Assembly (NCBI GenBank): GCA_964549315.1
Contig: CAZJUY010000004.1
Location: 64,268-128,267 of the forward strand
Origin: an uncultured Chitinophaga sp.
Lineage (GTDB): Bacteria; Bacteroidota; Bacteroidia; 2-12-FULL-35-15
Length of the DNA: 64,000 bases
Reading direction: 5' to 3'
A program made the position numbers and the translations under genes. A model generated the notes under the pieces. That model saw nothing but the letters and a program-made list of their open reading frames with translations, was not told where the DNA came from and searched no databases. Each line of letters begins with the position of its first letter. The stretch's first letter is position 1. Shown piece by piece: positions 8,258-17,600 of this stretch.

Positions 8258-9229
8258 TTAATCAAATGTTTGGGATGATTGTGATGAAATTTCAATTAAT
8301 TTTTGATACTGTTCTGGCGTTAAATCGTTATAATAATAATTGATTGGATTTACTTTATCACCGCTTTTTATTACTTCATAATGCACATGGGGGGCTGTTG
8401 ATAAACCAGTACTACCCACAAAACCAATTAACTGTCCGCGTTTAATTTTTTGTCCGGGTTTTACAATAAATTTAGTCATATGGCCATACAATGTTTTATA
8501 GCCAAATCCATGATCTATTACTACATGGTTGCCATAACCTTGAGCCGTTGCATCTGCTCTTTCAATTGTTCCATCACCTGTAGCATAAATTTCAGTTCCT
8601 GTTGGAGCTGCAAAATCCATCCCAGGATGGAATTCGGCAGTCTTGTATATCGGATGTGTTCTCCACCCAAAACCAGATGGTTGATGACGTAAATCTTTAT
8701 TTGAAATAGGTTGGATAGCTGGGATAGAAGAAAGTAATAGTTCTTTACTTTTTACAAGCTTTGATACTTCATCAAATGATTTTGATTGTATATACAATTG
8801 CTTGCTTATTTTATCTAAGTTTTTAGTTGTTTGTATCAGTAATTCTGAATTATTCATTCCTTGCAAAGCTTTGTATCTGTCAACTCCACCAAAGCCAGCC
8901 TTTCTAATGCTTAAAGGTATAGGTTCTGCTTCAAAAATAGTTCTGTATATGTTATTATCCCTATCTTGTATATCGTCTAAAACTTCTACAACTTCATTCA
9001 TCCTATTATTCAAAATTTCATATTGAAGTGTTAATTCCGCTATTTCACGTTTTAATTGTTTTTCCTTAGGAGAATCAATGTATTCATAAGCTAATAAAAT
9101 AGTAATAGTTGCAAATACAAGCCCAGTTGCTAAATAAGAAAGCAACTGCCAAACACGTTTACGAAGCGGAACAGTGTCCTTTTCGTAAGTCAAAGATTTG
9201 GTATTAAACTTATATTTTATTTTGCTCAT
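8258..9229 (-). CDS. M23 family metallopeptidase (membrane-anchored, coiled-coil N-terminus)
   Basis: The M23 signature is HPGMDFAAPTGTEIYATGDGTI...GNHVVIDHG...HVHYEV. Confidence 0.85.
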   Translation of the reverse strand: MSKIKYKFNTKSLTYEKDTVPLRKRVWQLLSYLATGLVFATITILLAYEYIDSPKEKQLKREIAELTLQYEILNNRMNEVVEVLDDIQDRDNNIYRTIFEAEPIPLSIRKAGFGGVDRYKALQGMNNSELLIQTTKNLDKISKQLYIQSKSFDEVSKLVKSKELLLSSIPAIQPISNKDLRHQPSGFGWRTHPIYKTAEFHPGMDFAAPTGTEIYATGDGTIERADATAQGYGNHVVIDHGFGYKTLYGHMTKFIVKPGQKIKRGQLIGFVGSTGLSTAPHVHYEVIKSGDKVNPINYYYNDLTPEQYQKLIEISSQSSQTFD

Positions 9230-9318
9230 AATTAATTCTTACATCTTCTACTGCGAATTTACGTAAATAAACTAAATTTGCAATCCTGTTTCAAGTAATA
9301 AGAAATAGCGAATAAAAT

Positions 9319-11982
9319 ATGGAAGCAAATAAAGTACGACAAACATTTTTAGATTTTTTTAAAAGCAAGCAACACGAAATTGTACCATCAGCTCCAATGG
9401 TGGTAAAGAATGACCCTACACTTATGTTTAACAACAGTGGAATGGCTCCTTTCAAAGATTTATTTTTAGGTAATGCGCCAATCAAATTCCCTCGCGTTGC
9501 CGACACACAAAAATGCTTGCGTGTAAGTGGTAAACACAACGATTTAGAAGAGGTTGGTGTTGATACGTATCACCATACTATGTTTGAAATGCTTGGTAAT
9601 TGGAGCTTTGGAGACTACTTTAAAAAAGAAGCAATTACTTGGGCATGGGAATTATTAACCGAAGTTTACAAAATTGATAAGTCGCGTTTGTATGTAACCG
9701 TTTTTGAAGGAAGTAAAGATGATAATTTAGGGTTCGATCAAGAAGCTTATGATATATGGAAACAGTTTGTTCCTGAAGAAAGAATTTTAAGAGGAAATAA
9801 AAAAGATAATTTTTGGGAAATGGGTGATGTTGGTCCGTGTGGACCATGCTCTGAAATACATTACGATGGAAGAACAGAAGAGGAAATTAAAAAAGTATCC
9901 GGTGCTGAAAGAGTGAATAACGATGATCCTCAAGTGATAGAAATTTGGAACAATGTATTTATGGAGTTTGAGCGAAGAGCTGATGGTTCATTGGTGAAGT
10001 TGCCAAAACAACATGTAGATACAGGAATGGGTTTTGAACGTTTGGTTCGCGTTTTACAAAAAAAACAATCAAATTATGATACAGATGTTTTTACCCCTTT
10101 ACTTAATAAAATTGAAGAACTATCTGGCTTACGATACAAACCAGAAGATGAAGATAAACATCTAAAGCAATTAATAATAAATATTGCAATGCGTGTAATT
10201 GCCGATCATATTCGTGCAATTTCCTTTAGTATTGCTGATGGTCAGTTGCCTTCTAATACTGGTGCAGGATATGTAATTCGCAGAATTTTAAGACGCGCTA
10301 TCCGTTATGGTTATCAATCTCTAAATTTAAAAGAACCATTCATGTACCGATTGGTTCCTGCATTATCTCACCAGTTGGGGCAAGCATTTCCTGAGTTAGT
10401 TTCGCAAAAATTATTGATTGAAAAAGTAATTAAAGAAGAAGAAATTTCATTTTTTAGAACATTAGAAAATGGATTAAAACGTATTGACCAAGTATGTGCG
10501 AACACGATTAAAGAAAAAAAGCAAATAGTAGATGGAGCAATTGTTTTTGAATTGTATGATACTTTTGGTTTTCCTATTGACTTAACATCATTGATTGCGC
10601 GTGGTTATGGATTAAGCATTGATGAAGAAGGGTTTCAAAAAGAATTAGAAAAACAAAAAAATCGTTCGCGTGAAGCTACTGCTGTTGATACGGGGGATTG
10701 GGTAGAAGTTGAAAGTTCAAACTCAAAAATTAAAAGCCAAGATATTGAATTTGTTGGTTACTCAAATTTAGAGTGTGAAAGCAAAATCATCAAATACAGA
10801 AAAGTAAAAGCAAAAGGGAAAGAACAATTTCAAATTGTATTAGATAAAACTCCTTTTTATGCAGAGAGTGGGGGACAAGTTGGAGATACTGGGGTTCTGG
10901 AATCTGCAAACGAAAAAATAAATGTTACAGATACAAAAAAAGAGAATGGAATCATTATTCATTTTGTAGATAAACTACCAGAAAATTTTTCGCAAACATT
11001 TATTGCCAAAGTAAATACCGAAAAACGTTATTTAACAGAAAATAATCATAGTTCAACGCATTTGTTACATGCAGCGCTAAGACAAGTATTAGGGACGCAT
11101 GTAGAACAAAAAGGTTCTTTGGTAAATGAAGAACATTTACGTTTCGATTTTTCTCATTTTTCAAAAGTAACAGATGAGGAAATTGCTCAAATTGAATCCA
11201 TAGTAAATCAAAAAATCAGAGAAAATATTGTTTCTGATATCAAAGAAATGCCAATTGATGATGCTCGCAAGTTAGGAGCAATGGCATTGTTTGGAGAAAA
11301 ATATGGTGATACAGTTCGTGTGGTAACATTTGATAAAAAATATTCTATTGAATTATGCGGTGGAACTCATGTGCCTTCTACTGGGCAAATTGGTTTGTTT
11401 AAAATTACTTCCGAAGGAGCAGTAGCTGCTGGAATTAGACGTATAGAAGCAATTACATCAGTAAAAGCAGAACAATTTTTTAATCAACAAATTGGATTAG
11501 TTAATGAGGTAAAAGCACTTTTGAAAAATCCAAAAGATGTTATTAAAAGTGTTCAATCTTTGTTAGAAGAAAATACTGCTCTTCAAAAACAAATAGAACA
11601 AATGCTTCGCGAAAAAGCAAAAAGTTTGAAAGTAGAATTACTGAATAAAAAACAAACCATTAACGGAATTAATTTTATAGCAGAAAAAATAGAATTGGAT
11701 TCTGCAGATGCAATAAAAGATTTGTCATTTGAATTACGCAATCAAGTAGATAATTTGTTTATGGTACTTGCTGCAGAAGTAAAAGGTAAACCAAGTTTAT
11801 CTATTATCATTTCTGATAATTTAGTAAAAGATAAAAGTTTAAATGCTGGAACGATTGTTCGTGAATTAGGAAAAGAAATTCAAGGTGGAGGAGGAGGACA
11901 ACCTTTTTATGCAACAGCTGGAGGAACCAATTCGCAAGGAATTGCGAAAGCATTAGAAAAAGCGAAAACATATTTGAATTAA
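9319..11982 (+). CDS. alaS: Alanine--tRNA ligase
   Basis: The catalytic core carries the [18 protein letters not shown] class II motif. The editing domain HxxxH and CGGTH are present, as is the C-terminal DHHA1-like region. The length is 887 aa. Confidence 0.95.
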   Translation: MEANKVRQTFLDFFKSKQHEIVPSAPMVVKNDPTLMFNNSGMAPFKDLFLGNAPIKFPRVADTQKCLRVSGKHNDLEEVGVDTYHHTMFEMLGNWSFGDYFKKEAITWAWELLTEVYKIDKSRLYVTVFEGSKDDNLGFDQEAYDIWKQFVPEERILRGNKKDNFWEMGDVGPCGPCSEIHYDGRTEEEIKKVSGAERVNNDDPQVIEIWNNVFMEFERRADGSLVKLPKQHVDTGMGFERLVRVLQKKQSNYDTDVFTPLLNKIEELSGLRYKPEDEDKHLKQLIINIAMRVIADHIRAISFSIADGQLPSNTGAGYVIRRILRRAIRYGYQSLNLKEPFMYRLVPALSHQLGQAFPELVSQKLLIEKVIKEEEISFFRTLENGLKRIDQVCANTIKEKKQIVDGAIVFELYDTFGFPIDLTSLIARGYGLSIDEEGFQKELEKQKNRSREATAVDTGDWVEVESSNSKIKSQDIEFVGYSNLECESKIIKYRKVKAKGKEQFQIVLDKTPFYAESGGQVGDTGVLESANEKINVTDTKKENGIIIHFVDKLPENFSQTFIAKVNTEKRYLTENNHSSTHLLHAALRQVLGTHVEQKGSLVNEEHLRFDFSHFSKVTDEEIAQIESIVNQKIRENIVSDIKEMPIDDARKLGAMALFGEKYGDTVRVVTFDKKYSIELCGGTHVPSTGQIGLFKITSEGAVAAGIRRIEAITSVKAEQFFNQQIGLVNEVKALLKNPKDVIKSVQSLLEENTALQKQIEQMLREKAKSLKVELLNKKQTINGINFIAEKIELDSADAIKDLSFELRNQVDNLFMVLAAEVKGKPSLSIIISDNLVKDKSLNAGTIVRELGKEIQGGGGGQPFYATAGGTNSQGIAKALEKAKTYLN

Positions 11983-11989
11983 AACAAAA

Positions 11990-12019
11990 AACTCCGAAAT
12001 GTTTCGGAGTTTTTTGTTT
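11990..12019. terminator. Bidirectional rho-independent terminator between the convergent alaS and M42-like genes
   Basis: The hairpin aactccgaaat/gtttcggagtt is followed by a T-run, and by an A-run on the opposite strand. Confidence 0.65.
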
Positions 12020-12020
12020 T

Positions 12021-12947
12021 CTACAATTCCTTCATAAAAACTTTGTAGATAGCAATCATTCCTTTAATATCTTTTTTGTGAACTTTTTCGTCAGGTGTAT
12101 GCACATTTTGTTCGGCTGCACCAACAAAACACCAGTCCCAAGGGTATTCTGCCATTTGTAATTCTTTTGCATCGCTTCCTCCTGCACCTTCTATTTCTAA
12201 TTGGTGTGCAAGTTTGTTTTTCTTTGCTATTGCAATTAGTTTATCTACAAAATTTCTTCGTGGAACAAGGCTATCGCGCATAGAAATTACAGGACCTTTT
12301 CCTGGAAGTACGCCATCAGAAATCCAAGATATATCAGAAATTAATGCTTGTGAAATTTTATATTTTTCTTGTAAAAATTTTTGAAGGTATGAAACACTAC
12401 CTCCGCCATGTTCTTCCCAGCAGCTAAATACAATAGCTCCATCTTTTAATGTTTCTGCTACTTTTAAAGCGTTATAAACCCCTAAGCGGTTATCCATGTA
12501 ACAGCATTGTACATAATCTTTATCCTCTCTCCAATTTGGTTTAAAAGTCAATTCTGTTCCTCTTTCTAAATCTCTTTTATATGTATAAGTTAAAGCAGTT
12601 TCTTTTGTTTTTTTATCTGTAACAAGTTTTAATTTAACATCAGCTGTTCCTTTACTATCTTTCCCAACCAATGAATAACCATCAACAGTTCTTGGTCCAC
12701 CAATTTTAACTAATTGCTTGCCATAACGAACAGTAAACCCAATGCTATCAATATGTGCAAAAATAGCTGTGCGTGGTTTCCCGAAAACTAAAATAATGCA
12801 ATCTTGAAATCCTTTTCCTGAATATATTTTAGGCTTATGCTTCCAGTTTTTTTTATTTGTTTTTATATAGTTTAATAAAAAATCAGTCATAGCAGATTCA
12901 TTTCCTGAAGGAGCATGAATGGCACACATTTGTTTTAATAATTGCAT
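12021..12947 (-). CDS. M42/M20-superfamily peptidase-like protein
   Basis: FAHIDSIGFTV and YMDNRLGV resemble the M42 HxDEIG and DDRxG metal-binding motifs. The assignment is tentative. Confidence 0.45.
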   Translation of the reverse strand: MQLLKQMCAIHAPSGNESAMTDFLLNYIKTNKKNWKHKPKIYSGKGFQDCIILVFGKPRTAIFAHIDSIGFTVRYGKQLVKIGGPRTVDGYSLVGKDSKGTADVKLKLVTDKKTKETALTYTYKRDLERGTELTFKPNWREDKDYVQCCYMDNRLGVYNALKVAETLKDGAIVFSCWEEHGGGSVSYLQKFLQEKYKISQALISDISWISDGVLPGKGPVISMRDSLVPRRNFVDKLIAIAKKNKLAHQLEIEGAGGSDAKELQMAEYPWDWCFVGAAEQNVHTPDEKVHKKDIKGMIAIYKVFMKEL

Positions 12948-12980
12948 AGTTTTTAAATTTATTTGTAAACCTACAAAACT

Positions 12981-14474
12981 TTAAATTAATTCTGTCATCG
13001 AAACATTTTTAATTTTACTATCCATCCATTTTATTACATCAAAATATAATAATGAAGTAGCAGATTCTTCTTTTTGTAATGATTTCATTTTAACAAAATA
13101 TTGATTGAATAGATCTTTTATGTTTTTTTGTTCTTTAGACTTTATTATTTTAGAGAAAAATTCAATCATTATTTCTTCTGCTTTAAACATTCTATTTTGT
13201 TGAATTAATAATCTTTTTGTGGAAGCGATTAAACTGTTTAATAAAATCTCATTTCCTAATTCATAATGTATTGCCATATTAAAGATGTGACCTCTACTGT
13301 ATTTTCCTAATTCATCATCAAAAATTTGGTTCATGTATTTTAATGATTTTTTGTAGTCTTGCAAATAAAAGCTTGCAATAGCTATTGATTTTGCTGTGTT
13401 TAAAACGATTGTCTTTATTACATGAGGTTTGTATTTATCGATGTTTTCTTCAATTAATTGTATGGCATTTTTACACTTGTCGAATTCATGCAGTCCAATA
13501 TATATATCAAGTAAATAAGGTTTCGTAAAAAAGAAAAAGCTGGCTTCTAATGTGTCTGTTTTTTTGAGCTTAAAAATAGTTGGTAATGTTTCAATTTTTT
13601 TAATATCATTGAGCAATTGGGAATGCTTTTTTAGATTAATTTTTCCCATTGCAACATTTGCAAATACTAATAAATAATCAATTGCATTTTGATTAAAAGT
13701 ATGAGGATATGCTTCCATCAATTGCATCATTTTTTCAAAATAGGAAATACTTAATTCTTCGTCATTAATGATTCCGTAATACATTGCTTTTGTTTGGTAC
13801 AAAAACATTTTTGATTTGTATGTTTTAGCAATTGTTTCGGTTTCTAACAATTCATCCTTCATGAAATTTTCCATTTCAACAAGTTGTTCCTTTTTGCTAG
13901 TGGAACGATAAGTGATTTCTTTGAAGTTTATTTTAAATGCTAAATCTTTGTATTTTATTTCATTAAACAAATTTTCTATTAACACTTTACTTTCATCTAT
14001 TGAGGAAAGTAATAGGGTATAATCTTGTAGTTTATTATAAATTTCTTGCTCTAATTCGAGTGTTCTAATTAAGTGAGCTTCTGTGAATGAATTTTGTGCA
14101 ATTTTTTTTGCCTTTTTTATTAGTGATAAGCATTGTTTGTGAAGTCCTTTTTGAAGAAGAATTTCTGTTTGTTTATTAATTGAATCAATCAAATATTCGC
14201 TTGAAGAGTCTTTGTGGTATTCATTTAAGCTATTTAACAAAAGATTATATAAATAATTTTTTTCAACAGCTATGTTTTTTGTGTTGTAATTTTTTGGAAG
14301 ATTAGCATATAATTCATTAATATTGTTTTGCTTACATGAATTTACAGCATCAAAAAGTTGGATATAGTTTTTTTGTTTACTCTTATTGTTTCCTGCTTCA
14401 AAAATTTTAAAATGCCGTTTTTCTGTGGGAGACAAATTTTTAACAAGTTCTATTAAATTATCTTTTTTTGTCAT
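12981..14474 (-). CDS. Hypothetical all-alpha cytoplasmic protein (497 aa), divergent from the adhesin gene
   Basis: The ORF is long and clean. Its composition is helical and repeat-like, with no TM segment or signal peptide. No family is recognised. Confidence 0.5.
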   Translation of the reverse strand: MTKKDNLIELVKNLSPTEKRHFKIFEAGNNKSKQKNYIQLFDAVNSCKQNNINELYANLPKNYNTKNIAVEKNYLYNLLLNSLNEYHKDSSSEYLIDSINKQTEILLQKGLHKQCLSLIKKAKKIAQNSFTEAHLIRTLELEQEIYNKLQDYTLLLSSIDESKVLIENLFNEIKYKDLAFKINFKEITYRSTSKKEQLVEMENFMKDELLETETIAKTYKSKMFLYQTKAMYYGIINDEELSISYFEKMMQLMEAYPHTFNQNAIDYLLVFANVAMGKINLKKHSQLLNDIKKIETLPTIFKLKKTDTLEASFFFFTKPYLLDIYIGLHEFDKCKNAIQLIEENIDKYKPHVIKTIVLNTAKSIAIASFYLQDYKKSLKYMNQIFDDELGKYSRGHIFNMAIHYELGNEILLNSLIASTKRLLIQQNRMFKAEEIMIEFFSKIIKSKEQKNIKDLFNQYFVKMKSLQKEESATSLLYFDVIKWMDSKIKNVSMTELI

Positions 14475-14652
14475 TTTTAGAGTTTTAATAAATAAAAATA
14501 TAAATTACTGTTAATCAATAATTTAAGAAATAAATATTATTATTAGAAATCTAAAATTAATGATTTATTTTTTAAGGACAAAGCGTAACCTTCACTATTT
14601 TTGACTAATGTTTTAAAAACACAGATTAAACATCAAAAAACTACTATAAAAG

Positions 14653-17600
14653 ATGAAACAAAAACTACTAACGATTATCGGAATTTTAATGTTTTCGGTA
14701 TTGTCTAATGCACAAACTACAACTGCTTTTAGAAAAAATTACAATCAAGCATTGTTTGATTTACCAGGAAACATTGTAGAGGGAGTTACTCCGAACACCT
14801 ACGTAATGGCGGGAACAAACTTGACCTTTCTACCTATTTACGGTACAATTACTCAGTTGAATGATACTGGAGGAGTTACTTGGTCCTATCGTTATTCAGA
14901 TGCATCAATTGGTTTTCAATTAAATGATATTAAAAAAGATGCTGCTTCTAGTCAATATTACGCATGTGGTGGTAGTGAATCAAACGCTGCTGTTTTTATG
15001 GTAGTTGATGTTGCTGGAAATATAGTTATTCAGAAAAGATTTAGAATAAATGAGGCGGACGCTGCTTGGTTCAACAGAGTTATAAAAACAGCAGATGGTG
15101 GTTATGTTGCTGTTGGTTATGTAACTGGCCATGATCCTGATGGAGCAGGGCCTGAAATTAAATTTAATCCAATTTCTTATACGGATAATAATGGAGATCC
15201 TCAAACAGATTATATATCGTCTCCACTTATTGTAAAGTTAGATGCAAGTGGTAATCATGTTTGGCATAGAGTTACAAGGTATTATCAAACTTCGAATATT
15301 CCTGCTAACAGAATATACAATGATGCAAGTTTTACAGATGTAGTTGAAGTTAGCGATGGTTACGTTGCTGTGGGTAGTTACGATATTGCTAATCACAGAG
15401 TTGTTCAAAATTCTGATGGAGATGACGCTTCTCCAACTGATGCTTTGATTTTAAAAACTTCAACAGCAGGAGCAATTACTTATCATAAACAAATTGACAA
15501 TCCTAGCACTTCTACGAGTCAGTCAAGTAAATATTTATCTGCTGTTAATAAAACATCAGCAGGAGATATTATTGCTGCAGGAACGGACAATTTAAGAGAG
15601 TTGATTCAAAAATATAATGGACCGGGAGGTTTTACAAATACATTGAGTCGTTTATCTACTTATTCTACTACCTTTCCTATTGGAACTGATCCTTGTGATA
15701 TATCTCAAATATATGAAGTTCCAAGTAGTACAGATATAGTAACAATGGCTATGTATATAAAACCATTAAGCTTTTTTGCAAACTCAATTAAAAGAGTTAA
15801 TTCAACCGTTACTACTAATGTATTTGCGAAAAGATATAACTTCAATTTAATTTCAATTTTGCCAAGAGGAGGTTTAACTTCTGATAACGGATACATTTCT
15901 ATGTCAATGACAGCAGGAGGAACAAATTACGATTATCATGTTATTAAAACTGATCCTAATGGAGATACACCATTAACAGGATGTCCACCTAATTCTTTTA
16001 CTCCAACTTTTGCTGCTGGACCAACAACTTTTGCGGATCCATTTTATAATTCTTGGGCAGGAACTGTTCCATCCCAAACAATAGCTATTGTTAGAAGTTC
16101 AATAACTCCTTCGGTAGGATATGTTTGTACAAGAGTAGCCTGTGTTGCGCCATCTGCTCCAGTTGCAGGTGCTGTTACTCAGCCAACTTGTTCTACGCCA
16201 ACAGGTAGTGTAGCTTTAAGTGGCTTGCCATCATCAGGCACTTGGACGGTTACTGCTTCTCCTGGAGGAGCAACAGCAACAGGAACAGGAACAACAGGAA
16301 CTATTTCTGGTTTAGCTGCTGGAACAACTTACACATTTACAGTTACCGTGGTAGCTGGATGCCCTTCTGTTCCTTCTGGTTCTGCAACAGTAAATGCTGC
16401 TCCAGTTGTACCAACAGCTCCAACTATTGGAACAATTACACAACCTAATTGTACAACTGCAACAGGTAGTATTGCTTTAAGTGGTTTGCCATCATCAGGC
16501 ACATGGACAGTTACAGGTTCACCGAGTGGAACAGCTACCGGAACAGGAACCACAACTACAATTTCTGGTTTAGCGCCAGGCACGTATACATTTACAGTTA
16601 GTAATGGAACTTGTACTTCTACATCTTCTTTAAATGCAGTAGTAAACACACAACCAACTGTACCAACAGCACCAGTTGTTGGAACCATTACACAACCAAC
16701 ATGTGCAACACCTACGGGTTCTGTTGCATTGAGTGGTTTGCCATCATCTGGAACATGGACAGTAACAGCAACTCCAGGTGGTTCTACAACTACAGGAACA
16801 GGAACATCAACTACATTTAGTGGATTACCTGCTGGAACAACATATACATTTACCGTAAGTAATGGCAGTTGTACTTCATCATCTTCTTCAAATGCTGCAA
16901 TTAATACAGCACCAGTTGTGCCAACTGCGCCTACTGTCGGAACAATTACACAGCCAACTTGTTCAACGGCAACAGGTAGTGTTGCATTAAGTGGTTTGCC
17001 ATCATCAGGGACATGGACGGTAACAGGTTCGCCAAGTGGAACAGCCACAGGAACAGGAACTACAACAACTATTTCTGGATTAGGAGCAGGAACATATACA
17101 TTTACTGTTAGCAACGGAACGTGTACTTCAACATCTTCTGTTAATGCTGTAATTAATGCTCAACCTACAGTGCCAACAGCACCAGTTGTTGGTGCAATTA
17201 CTCAACCAAATTGTACTACTCCAACTGGAAGTGTTGCGTTAAGTGGTTTACCATCATCGGGAACATGGACTATCACTGCAACACCTGGCGGATCAACAAC
17301 TACAGGTACAGGTACATCTACTACATTTAGTGGATTGCCAGCAGGAGCGACTTATACATTTACAGTTAGCAATGGTTCATGTACCTCAACCTCATCAACT
17401 AACGTTACAATAAACCCTGCAGTTGGTGTACCAGCAGCGCCAATAGTTGGAACAGTTACACAGCCTACTTGCTCAACACCAACTGGTGGAGTTGCATTAA
17501 GTGGTTTGCCTTCTTCTGGTTCTTGGACAATTACTGCTACCCCAGGAGGAGCAACAACAACAGGTTCAGGAACAACAACAACATTTAGTGGATTGCCAGC

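Noticed and set aside
9291-9539. 82-aa minus-strand ORF overlapping the alaS start
   Set aside because: It is antisense to the alaS N-terminus, and the alaS assignment is unambiguous.
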